DNA of 63,537 nt, the filler included, from Octopus bimaculoides (Eukaryota): the NCBI RefSeq assembly GCF_001194135.2. It is 6 parts of 6 records of this genome, joined end to end, with 100 filler letters (N's around TTAATTAATTAA, not from the genome) between each part and the next. Parts side by side here need not be neighbours in the genome. Positions count along the whole stretch, not along the records: positions 1 to 17,564 come from NC_068990.1; 5 more parts are not named here. One strand, written 5' to 3'. Made by a program: the position numbers and the translations under genes. The notes beneath the pieces were generated by a model. That model did no database searches. It saw only the letters and a program-made list of their open reading frames with translations, and was not told the origin of the DNA. This document shows, piece by piece, positions 1 through 9,934 of the stretch; the stretch's first letter is position 1; the number at the start of each line of letters is the position of its first letter.

Positions 1-376
1 GATTCATTATCAAATACCACGTGCTTTTTTTTCGGTTACAGAGTTAGATTTATCAAGGTCTTCAACGGAAAATCCTTCGAATTCTGACTCGCTGCTCGAC
101 AGAATAAAATTCGTATCCATTTTTTTTGTCAGGATTACAAATTTTGAAAACACAACAGGAACAAATTTGGAAAAAAAATCTCCCAAAATTAAAAAAACAC
201 GTTGATCGTCGTACAAAACTATAGCTGAACTGTTTACACAAATAATCACGTGTTTTCACGAATGTACTAACGAGATTTGCTCGGATATTCTCATTTAAAT
301 ATGAATAGGTGATTACGGGCGGTTTGGTCACATAACCGAAATTTTTTTTCGGGCGGCTTGGTAACGAAAGGGTTAA
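1..376 (-). mobile_element. piggyBac-like DNA transposon end (TTAA target site plus CCC terminus), running off the left edge of the window; probably in RPLP1 intron 2
   Basis: Minus strand reads TTAA|CCCTTTCGTTACC (TTAA 373-376, terminus at 372). A short acidic ORF MDTNFILSSSESEFEGFSVEDLD (ATG 120-118, stop at 10) resembles piggyBac transposase N-termini. Confidence 0.7.
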
Positions 377-1072
377 AACTGAAAAGAAACTTTTTAAAAA
401 CACCTCTAACGTCAAAAAGTCAACACTCCCAAGAGTGTGCCAACGACACACACTGACCAAATCCTAACCTCAGCATTAGTCAGACTTGGCATTGAAATGA
501 AGAGATTTTAAACTTTTTTTTCTAGCTGGCACTCAGGATAATTTTCTCTCGCAGGCTTCGGCAATATGAGATTGTCTCTGAAACTTAACCTCAAGGTAGA
601 ATATTTACCATTCCAACTTAACATAAAAAGGGTTTCAGCATGAGTTGATGTAGCAAGCCTCAGGAGGACACCTGGTATATACACCAAGCACCGCATATTC
701 TTGCATGATTCACCAGTGAACACAATACATTAATTTTCATCTCCCAATTTCAACTTAAGTGTCACGTAATGAGACTCTTCTACAACTTGCTCAAGTTCAT
801 CGCGCAAAGAAATTAATTGGCATTTCCTTCGTTACCCATAGTTTGAAAGGTGCAATAAATAATTAACCAGTTAATATCACAATTGATCAAAACGACAGAA
901 CTAAAATCGCTACCACACACAAATGAAATTTTGCACACGTTGTCGATGGTGTACATTATAATTGATAAAATTTTAGAAATTTGTAGGAGTTTCGGAATAT
1001 TCTTTTTGTAAAGTAACGTTTTTGTTTTTTCAAACTAATATTGAGTATCAGCACAGCTCCATTAAAAATATG

Positions 1073-1191
1073 GGTAAATTTTCTGATTAACACCCGCACG
1101 TTTTTCACTAGGGTGTAAAGGGTCAGGGACGGAATTCCCTAACCCTAACACCCTAGTGAAAATCGTGCGGGTGTTAATCTGAAAATTTACC
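1073..1191. repeat. About 120-bp foldback hairpin (MITE-like) with TTAGGG-like inner arms
   Basis: 1073-1116 is the reverse complement of 1148-1191 with 2 mismatches in 44 bp. The inner arms agggtcaggg / ccctaaccct also pair. Confidence 0.85.
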
Positions 1192-1841
1192 AAAATATGA
1201 AGCCCTATAAGTTTGCAGGACGAGTAAAAAAATAATCATTAAACAGGAATTCTGCTCTTAGATTAATAAAGCAACGCGAAAACTGCGATTTTCCTTCTAA
1301 GAGTTCTCTCCCCTCACAAGAAACAAAACATGCGCGGGAAAGAAAATCAAACACGGGGTAATCTTCGTTGAAATTCCACTGAAATATCCTTTCTTATGTT
1401 ATGTGAAATAGAGATGGAAATATAGTACTGTATGGTAGGTAGTACAGCAGGGTAAACTTAGGTAACCTACTTTATTTCCAAACTATGCTAGAGGACGTGA
1501 AATCGATGAAGAGCCAGATGTTGAAATATACATCCACGTGTCATACATCTTATGAATCGAAAGCGATCACCTAATTTATTGATGCTGTTAAAACGTTCAA
1601 ACAGAATGCAGATTTATGTTAATATTATCAAGAATCTAAAAGGTATTATTTCAGTTAATGATTACAAATTGAAACTGGAAAATTATCGTCAGTAATCGTA
1701 AAATCCGTCCACGTGGTCCGAACTACTGCCATATAAACAACGATAGTATCAATGTTGAAACAATAAAAAAAGAAAATACAAATTATAATCAAAGAAAGTA
1801 ATATTAATATTAAAATAAATTAAATATTCATGATCACTTAC

Positions 1842-1902
1842 ATGGCCAGTAAGGTTCAACTGATACATTTGCTGCTTTTAAGATCGTATTGATTTTGTCA
1901 GC
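1842..1902 (-). CDS. RPLP1: 60S acidic ribosomal protein P1, coding exon 2 (ADKINTILKAANVSVEPYWP + 1 nt)
   Basis: Acceptor ttttcctctag|GCT and donor CCA T|gtaagt; 61 nt, continuing exon 1 in phase 0. Matches the P1 motif DKI..L.KAA.V.VEP.WP. No exon 3 found in 377-1841. Confidence 0.95.
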
Positions 1903-2074
1903 CTAGAGGAAAATAAGTGGATTAAGAAAATAATTAAAAATCATATCAAAGTAAGGCTTTTAAATTTAGTTTATAAGCGCGAGAGAAAAGAGTAATGAAG
2001 AAAATAGAACGCGATAGAAGAAACAGGAAAATGGCGTAACAAACACACATGGGTTAGAAAGGAAAGAAACTTAC

Positions 2075-2146
2075 AGTGACTGTAACTTGATCATCAGCGA
2101 GAATTAATGCAGCATAAACGCATGCAAGCTCGTTATTTGATGCCAT
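2075..2146 (-). CDS. RPLP1: 60S acidic ribosomal protein P1, coding exon 1 (MASNNELACVYAALILADDQVTVT)
   Basis: ATG at 2146-2144, 72 nt, donor ACT|gtaagt at 2074. Close match to the known P1 N-terminus MASxxELACxYxALILxDDxVxVT. Confidence 0.96.
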
Positions 2147-2256
2147 TGTGTTTTTATGTAAATAGCTTTGATTGATGATGAATTAGAATGGTGTACGTCG
2201 CCTGGATTCTGGCCTTAGCTCGTTGAGAACGATACACTTCTAATGAACGCAAGACC

Positions 2257-2266
2257 GGAAAGAGAA
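2257..2266 (-). promoter_or_regulatory. TCT initiator / 5'TOP tract of RPLP1
   Basis: Minus strand TTCTCTTTCC about 115 nt upstream of the RPLP1 ATG, the typical start motif of ribosomal protein genes. Confidence 0.8.
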
Positions 2267-2445
2267 CGACACACCGTCACGTGATAAAAAGAACAACATG
2301 ATACTGGTGTTCTCGTCTGATTAATATTTTTTAAATTGGTTTATTTTAAAATATATTCCCAGGCAGTGCTTTAGATTTTAAAGTTTGAATAATAAATTCC
2401 GGACATATAAAATAAAAATGTCTTTGAATATTTTATTATTCCAGT

Positions 2446-2459
2446 GTAGCCATGGCAAT
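2446..2459. promoter_or_regulatory. RFX X-box-like motif
   Basis: GTAGCCATGGCAAT versus the GTNRCC-AT-RGYAAC consensus (1 mismatch, last base), about 120 bp upstream of the C8orf34-like ATG. Confidence 0.55.
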
Positions 2460-2576
2460 TTGCTAAACCCACGCTACTCTTTGTAGTCTGTATTATATAT
2501 AAACAAACATCCGACTTTTTATTTTAGTCTATATTTTTGTGTATAATATATTGAATTTAATTTAGTACATTATACC

Positions 2577-2633
2577 ATGTTAACTCAGGCCCAAGTATAT
2601 ATCGAGAAACATAAGATCACTGCGCTTTTTGAG
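2577..2633 (+). CDS. C8orf34: C8orf34/VEST1-like protein, coding exon 1 (MLTQAQVYIEKHKITALFE)
   Basis: ATG 2577, donor GAG|gtagca, phase 0. With exon 2 it forms Y.EKHKI..LFEELM.KL....PE.PI.YLI, a RIIa/Dpy-30-type domain like the human C8orf34 N-terminus (recalled, not aligned). Confidence 0.8.
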
Positions 2634-2863
2634 GTAGCATATTTTATATTATTTCAAAATCGCCCCAAACGTCACCTTACTGATATGTTTTTGTTTTGTT
2701 GTTCTTTTATTCCTAATGGTTACGTCTATAAGAGATACTGTCTCAAGACGAATAGACGAATGCCATAATTAATTGGGCTTTCAACGCTGAATCTTCTTCA
2801 AGTATGATATACAAGTTGCTATATATATATATATATAGTCTGTTAAAGTCTGTCATACCGGCC

Positions 2864-3129
2864 ATGACGAAGGGAAATAGCCCTAAAACTCGAGTCGCCT
2901 TTATATATATTTATATATTTGATCCTTTATATTGAACACTCAATATTTCATCTACATTCAATACTTTCTTTCATGGTGCCATCCATTTTTATTTTATTTT
3001 ATTTTATATTGTATATTGTATATCATATTATATATTGTATATTCCATATTCTATACCCCACATTGGTTCTGCAGGAATATAAATAAAACATTAGAAACAG
3101 ACAGTGTTGGAACTCTTTTAAGCAAAATA

Positions 3130-3131
<2 letters not shown>
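2864..3131 (+). mobile_element. Penelope-like terminal repeat, copy 1, starting with a minimal hammerhead-like motif
   Basis: Near-identical to 14891-15176. Begins ATGACGA-AGGG-AAATAG-CCCT-AAAAC-TCGA-GTC. Confidence 0.6.
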
Positions 3132-3172
<41 letters not shown>

Positions 3173-4400
3173 AAAATGCTTCTAAGCTCTTAGCTGCGAC
3201 ATTATGACAACTTACTGATTGTCCTATACTATATATATATATATATATGTGTGTGTGAATTCCTCTATTTACATACTATCGAGGTCTCGTTCTTTTGTTG
3301 TCATTTTATTATTATTAATATATATGTGTGTACGTGTGTATATTTAGCATACGTTGACATCTGCAAATGCACAACTTGCACATTTCTTCAGTATCGTATC
3401 CTAGAGCCTTTGGATGTTTCGGGCCTTACAACGTCCATCTTCATCACGACTTTTCTGCGTTGTTCTTGATTTTTCTTCTTTTCATCTCTATAATGCCCAA
3501 AGTTTCAAGGACTTAAGCTATGACCTGCCGACTGTGTGTGTGTATGAAGAATTAAAAGCAGAAAAGCAGAAATTTCATAGGTAGAAAATGAATAACTTTC
3601 AACAGCCGTTTCATTGGGAATAGACGTCATTAATATTTAAATATATAATTAAGATACATAATTGATTGATATAAATGAATTTAAATTAAATTAATTCTGA
3701 GCCATGTTTATATAAAGTGTATATGTTTTATTCTCTTTACATCTATGATACATTTTGGGAATTGACTTAAATACTTGACTAACACTTTCTTAATAATTTG
3801 TAGATGTTATTAGAAGATATTAATTGCTAATAGATCTTTCATGCATGGGCACTAAGCATTGGACAAATCTGGGGTGGTTCATACAAAGTTTGAATTTTCT
3901 TAGTTTTATATTAGGGGCCACATAAACAATGAAGCACATGCATATACATATGTGTGTGTATGTGCATGTTTCTGTATGTAAATATATATATGTATATATA
4001 TGTGTGTGTATATATCTATATATATAAACAAAAACATTCAAGTATTCACACTCGAAGTAAGATGTTACTATTATTATTAATATCATCTGCGGTGAATATT
4101 TTTAATTGATAATATTAACAGCAATAACATAGGTGGTTTAACAGGTCTAATAGCATTATATAGCTATAAAATTTAAAGTTAACACAAAGTATGAGGAAGC
4201 AGAAAAAGCATCAAATGAGTATCTGAATGACATATTCTTTAAAGGTGTGCTTTTTTAATGTCTTAATTCCTTATCCATTTCCTCACCTACTGTTGTTTTT
4301 CTGTTATTTGGTGTCTTCCAGTGGTTGAATTAGGAATTTAGCTCCTATTTCTAAACAGTTGATGCTTTTTCCACATCCTCATGCTTGTGCTAACTTTATA

Positions 4401-4830
4401 TCATCATCATCATCATCATTTAACGTCTGCTTTCCATGCTAGCATGGGTTGGACGATTTGACTGAGGACTGGCAAACCAGATGGCTGCACCAGGCTCTAA
4501 TCTGATCTGGTAGAGTTTCTACAGCTGGATGCCCTTCGTAACGCCAACCACTCCGAGAGTGTAGTGGGTGCTTTTACGTGCCACCGGCACAAGGGCCAGT
4601 CAGGCGGAACTGGCAACAGCCATGCTCAAATGGTGTTTTTTACGTGCCACCTGCACAGGAGCCAGTCTAGTGGCACTGGCAATAACTTTGCTCGAATGTT
4701 TTTTCATGTGCCACTGCCACTGACCCAAGTGCCAGCAAGGCGATGCTGGTAATGATTACACTCAAATGGTGCTATTTACGTGCCACTGGCACCCGTGCCA
4801 GTCATCGAATTTGGTTCAATTACAATTTCG
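4401..4830 (-). mobile_element. RTE-type (GAT)n-tailed repeat with internal GTGCTTTTACGTGCCACCGGCAC-like subrepeats
   Basis: Reverse complement of the ...ccaacccatgctagcatggaaagcagacgttaaatgatgatg tail. Related copies near 5910-6250, 7950-8110, 15640-15900, 17075-17210 and 56533-56800. Confidence 0.75.
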
Positions 4831-4945
4831 ATTTCGATTTCACTTGCTCCATGTGACTTAAAGTTTCACAGGCTCTTAATCTGACTCAATAATCTGAGCC
4901 TGAATGAGAAGCCTGTGAAACTTTAATCCAAATCAAACTGTTTTA

Positions 4946-4986
<41 letters not shown>

Positions 4987-4988
4987 TG

Positions 4989-5020
<32 letters not shown>

Positions 5021-5479
5021 ATATNNNNNNNNNNNNNNNNNNNNNNNNNNNNNNNNNNNNNNNNNNNNNNNNNNNNNNNNNNNNNNNNNNNNNNNNNNNN
5101 NNNNNNNNNNNNNNNNNNNNNNNNNNNNNNNNNNNNNNNNNNNNNNNNNNNNNNNNNNNNNNNNNNNNNNNNNNNNNNNNNNNNNNNNNNNNNNNNNNNN
5201 NNNNNNNNNNNNNNNNNNNNNNNNNNNNNNNNNNNNNNNNNNNNNNNNNNNNNNNNNNNNNNNNNNNNNNNNNNNNNNNNNNNNNNNNNNNNNNNNNNTA
5301 GAATAGAGGCAGCTGATGAATAATTCCAAGTGGCTTTCTGTTTTCCTATGTGTTCGTTCCGTTGTCTGTAGTTCATTGTTCTAACGTCCTGTACCCTGAT
5401 ATGCATCTATATACACATGTAGATGTAAGTATATACATATATGTGTGTATACATGCATATATATTCTTTGTATTATTAT

Positions 5480-5700
5480 ATATATATATAAGGAATTGAG
5501 AAATATCATTACAGATCAAAATATAACTCTCAGTAAGAGACAACCTAAAAACTTGAAAAAACTATTAACAAAGGCAAGGTTTGACCTCAGCAACAAAAAT
5601 CAAACATTCACTGTATCCAAATGCAATGATAGCCGATGCGGCACATGCCGATCAATCCATACCGGCCCATATATGGCTGTGCTACTTTTGATAAGTGCCA
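5480..5700 (+). mobile_element. Penelope-like element fragment (RT to GIY-YIG linker)
   Basis: Translation RQPKNLKKLLTKARF...KCNDSRCGTC fits the R.P.NL..L and C...RC.TC linker typical of PLEs. Confidence 0.7.
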
Positions 5701-6394
5701 ATGCACAAAAAATTTTGATTCCTCAGTCACTTTGCTGATTATTAATAAAAAGCATAAGTAATAGCATGTAAATAGTCGATTAAAAACACCCTTTCTAGAT
5801 AGAAAAAGTTAAAGGTTATCCATGGGAATCAAACCCCTATCTTCTGTAAACATGACAGGCATTTGGCCATCAGATACAGAATGTCAAAGAATTGTTTTGA
5901 TCCAAATGCATTCATCATCATCATCATCATTAGATGGTTTGACAAGCCAGAGAGATGTACCAGACTGAATTGTCTGATTTGACAAGGTTTCTATGGCTGG
6001 ATGACCTTCCAAATGCTAACCACTTTACAGAGTGTACTGGGTCCTTTTTACTTGGTACCAGCATAGATGCTTTTTACATGGTATTAGCATTGGTACTTTT
6101 TACATGGCACCAGCACAGGTGTTTTTTATGTGGCACCAATACCAGTGGAGTTGCCAAGTAACTTGCAAGAAAAAGACCTCTCAGCTGAGAGAGGGAGCCG
6201 AACTGAGAAAAGTGACTGTGTGCCAGGCCCCTTGGTACTAACGCCACATTCCTAGTGCCCACAAACATAGACCATTTTCTGTGGCAAATTTGAAACAATA
6301 GTATTTCACAAATAAAGCTTAACCTAATTAACCATTTATTTATTTATTTTTTTACATCTATTACCCTGTTTTGGTCACCCCATTATCACCCCAT

Positions 6395-6473
6395 TTTTCT
6401 TCGACCCCCCCCCTGTGGATCTTTCAACCATCTCTCTCTTGGGGGTTGGGGACCGCCCACTTTGGGAACCACT
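6395..6473. mobile_element. hAT/Charlie-like terminal fragment
   Basis: Ends in CTTTGGGAACCACTG, the reverse complement of the CAGTGGTTCCCAAA terminus. Partner end not seen. Confidence 0.4.
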
Positions 6474-6749
6474 GGTTTAGAGTATGATAGAGGAACAGAG
6501 ATGGCTGTCTTACTATAGAGGAGATAATTGACTACCCCTGTAGGACAAGGGAGAAGGAAGGTGGGAGAGAGTGAGACAGACAGTCAAAATGAGAGAGAGA
6601 GAGCCTACAGTTGATAGTGACAGGTGTCTTGCTGTAAGGAAAATATATGGCTACACTGTATCTGTGAGTAACTGGAAAGAGAGATAAAGATGGTGGTGAC
6701 AAGATCTAATTTTGAATATACTGAAAAATGTGTGTTTAATTTTTTGTAG

Positions 6750-6845
6750 GAACTTATGAATAAATTGGTTCGAAATGCGCCTGAAAATCCTATTATTTAT
6801 CTCATCAAACAATTGTATAAAAAAGCAGGACTTGATATTCCACTC
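6750..6845 (+). CDS. C8orf34: C8orf34-like exon 2 (ELMNKLVRNAPENPIIYLIKQLYKKAGLDIPL)
   Basis: ttttttgtag|GAA ... CTC|gtaagt; 96 nt, phase 0/0; completes the docking-domain motif. Confidence 0.88.
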
Positions 6846-7029
6846 GTAAGTAAAAAATGAAGATTTGGTATTTCATTTCATGGTGATATAAAACATGGAG
6901 TTGACTGTGTTGATAATCTGTGTAGTTGTTATGCGTTTTTGTTTTTGTATCTGGGCTTGGATTAAATTATCTGTTTTGTTGAAAAACACTCCTTTGTTTC
7001 AATTAATTTTGAAAAATAATGAAGCATCT

Positions 7030-7310
7030 ATAAAAATAACTATGCTACATGGTAGTGAAACATGGGCTGTGACTGCAAAGGACACACAAAGGCTTGAAAG
7101 AAATGAAACGAGTATGCTCTGCTGAATGTTCAATGTCAGTGTGCATTTATGACAAAGTGTGTTTTGACAGAAAAATTGGGTATAAGAGACATCAAATGTA
7201 GTGTGGAAGAGAGAAGACTGCACTCGTATTGTCATATGATGTGTATGGATGAAGACAGCTGCATGAAGAAGTGCCAATCTCTAAATGTGGAGGGAACCTG
7301 TGGAAGAAGA
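7030..7310 (+). mobile_element. RTE-clade LINE, degenerate RT C-terminal fragment
   Basis: MLHGSETWAVTAKDTQRLERNETSMLC*...EERRLHSY.HM.CMDEDSCMKK, matching the YGSETW and RL.W.GHV.RM motifs, with internal stops. Confidence 0.8.
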
Positions 7311-8384
7311 GAATGGAGATGATAAAAACTGAGATAATCAGCAATTGCTGTGTCTGGGAAGATCCTTCCAGCTCTTAGGGTGAGAAAGGTGTGTCCTTTA
7401 TTTTCATGCCCCTGCACACAATCTGTCCCTGACAAACCTCACCCCCATATCCCATCTTTGCAATGCCTCCCCCTCCCTTCTAACTCCCACTGTACCTTGA
7501 AAACCTACGTACATCCAGCATGTCCCTCAACTCTCCTCCACACAACATATCTTTCTAACATCCCCTTCCTCTACCTGTGCCCACTCACCGTATTCCACTC
7601 CCCTCTATCTCCCACACTCCTTTTGCAATCTCATGATTCACCCATCTGCTCACCCTATCCAATCCCTAGTCAACCTCACTATATACACCACCCTGTAACT
7701 TGAGTGTAAGCCCCATCACATCTTTACTGTCTTATCTCCCTCTCTCCTCTCTTTCTTTGTCTGTTTGTCTCTCTCTGTCCTCTCCTTTGTCTCTCTTCAA
7801 CTGAGGTAGTCTCCCACTGCAACACACCTATTTCTTTCCCTCTATTCATACTCTAACTTCTCATCACCTGAGCCACCTCCCTCAATATTTCCTTCTTTCT
7901 CTGTTGAAGGGGTCTTGTCTAACAAGTTACTGGATGACCATACTGCTGCTGGTATTACATAAAATGCACCCAATATACTTTGTAAAGTGGTTGGCTTTAG
8001 AAAGGACATTCAGCTGTAGAAAATCATGCCAAGGCAGACAGAGCTTGGTGCAGTCTTCTGTCAAACCATCCAACCCATACCAGCAGGAAAACAGGACGTT
8101 AAATGAAGATGATTTACATGCACCCCCCCCCCCCCCACACACACACACAATACATACACATATGTATATTTTACTTTTCTAAGTTTAAAATCTTTCTAGA
8201 AGGGGCTGGTGGGTCAATTTTCACATTTCATTTCTTGTGACTAATAAACCAAGAACCTGTAACTTACTAGTTTTGCAACCGAATATAACTTAGAAAAGCA
8301 TAACTGCTGTACTTTCCCATCTCATCTCTCTGTCACACTTCTAAGGCAGTGTATGTGTCTAATTAAGAAACTGTTCTCTTACAG

Positions 8385-8430
8385 GAACTAAAATCAGTGA
8401 CTGAACCCAGGAGAAATTCTTTAAATCTAA
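8385..8430 (+). CDS. C8orf34: C8orf34-like exon 3 (ELKSVTEPRRNSLNL + 1 nt)
   Basis: ctcttacag|GAA ... CTA A|gtaagt; 46 nt, phase 0/1. Confidence 0.75.
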
Positions 8431-9117
8431 GTAAGTGTTCATTTTTCTTTAATTTCATTTTTCTCCTGAAATGCATTGCTATTTTCCAATTTATTTTGAA
8501 AATGATTTCACATTAATTTATGTCCCAGCTTAATAATGACAAAGTTACTTTACCAAATTAATTAATTGAAAGAAAAGCAGTGTGCTTTAATAGAAATATG
8601 GTAAAAAAGGGATTAAAGTGATTTAAATTAAAAATCTCACGTTAATTTATTTTCTAAACACCAGATTAATAATGACAGAGTTATGTATAATGAATAGCTT
8701 CCAAATTTCTAAGCCAGGATTCAAAACCAAATCTACATTTTTCTCCAAGTTCTTCCTTTTTGGTTGCTCAGTCACTAAAGAGCATCTCTGTTTCTCACTT
8801 GAAGTATGCCTTGTCATTGTGTGACATCATAACTCTTAGTCTTTCTCTCTTTTTCTTTCTCTCTCTTAGTCTTTCTCATCTCTAGAGATGAGGCTAACCA
8901 CATGCAGAATGGCCTATAGAACTAAAAATAATTTGTGTACCACAACGATTCGAACAACTCAAAGTAGTTGTAAGTTATATTATAACGATGACAATAAAGA
9001 GCCATTTCAATTAACTATTGATATTTCTCTTCTCTCATTTATTTGCAACATATTTCCATTACACTCATGCACGCACACATGCACACACACTCAGGCACAT
9101 GTGTACACACACAAACA

Positions 9118-9151
<34 letters not shown>

Positions 9152-9229
9152 TACTTGCTGTTGTTGTGTGGTATGTATTGAAATTAAATTTAAGATCTTT
9201 AATTTTTGTTGTCTCATTTTTTTTTCCAG

Positions 9230-9298
9230 CTGTATTTGGTCACAGTTCTGAGATCGTTAGCAAATCCGTTGCCTTAGCCTCTTGGTCAGCAAAGCCAG
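9230..9298 (+). CDS. C8orf34: C8orf34-like exon 4 (T-VFGHSSEIVSKSVALASWSAKP)
   Basis: ttttttccag|CT ... CCA G|gtaaaa; 69 nt, phase 1/1. Confidence 0.75.
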
Positions 9299-9453
9299 GT
9301 AAAAGGATTTACTTATGTTACATTAACTCTTTTGACATGTTATCTTACTATTAAGTTAATAAATCATATTACTATTTAGATATATTATAATTACTATTTA
9401 GGTATATTATATTGCTATTATATTAAATTATATCATATTATATTATGTAACTA

Positions 9454-9860
9454 GATGCAGGAATGGCTGTGTGGTAAGAAGCTTGCTTCCCAACTACATG
9501 GTTCTGGGTTCAGTCCCACTGTGTGGCACCTTGGGTAAGTGTCTTCTACTATAGCCTCAGGCAGACCAAAACCTTGTGAGTGGATTTAGTAGATGGAAAC
9601 TGAAAGCCCATTGTGTATATATATATTATATGTATGTATATATTTGTGTGTGTGTGTCTGTGTTTATCCCCCCACCATTGGTTGACAACTGATGTTGGTG
9701 TGTTTACATCCCCGTAACTTAGTGACTAGCTCAAAGAGACCGATAGAATAAGTACTAGGCTTACAAAGAATAAGTCCTGGGGTTGATTTGTTCGACTAAA
9801 GGTGGTGCTCCAGCATGACCGCAGTCAAATGACTGAAACAAGTAAAAGAGTAAAAGAGAG
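9454..9860 (+). mobile_element. tRNA-derived SINE family A (ggctgtgtggtaagaagcttg...accttgggcaagt... body), full length
   Basis: A/B-box-like head (GTGTGGTAAG, GGTTCAGTCCC), central (TA)/(TG) tract, gactgaaacaagtaaaaga tail. Confidence 0.85.
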
Positions 9861-9890
9861 CTATTTAGATCAGTTATTTCATGGTGTGTA

Positions 9891-9933
<43 letters not shown>

Positions 9934-9934
9934 G

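Noticed and set aside
1903-2074. Intronic snoRNA in RPLP1 intron 1 or 2
   Set aside because: No convincing C/D box pair or H/ACA structure by eye; an Infernal scan would be needed to exclude one.
4560-4800. Repeat-spacer pattern resembling a CRISPR array
   Set aside because: Eukaryotic context, degenerate repeats, related spacers, no cas genes; it is part of a retroelement-derived family.
9454-9545. tRNA genes
   Set aside because: The A/B-box-like sequences are SINE heads running into SINE bodies; no complete cloverleaf was found.
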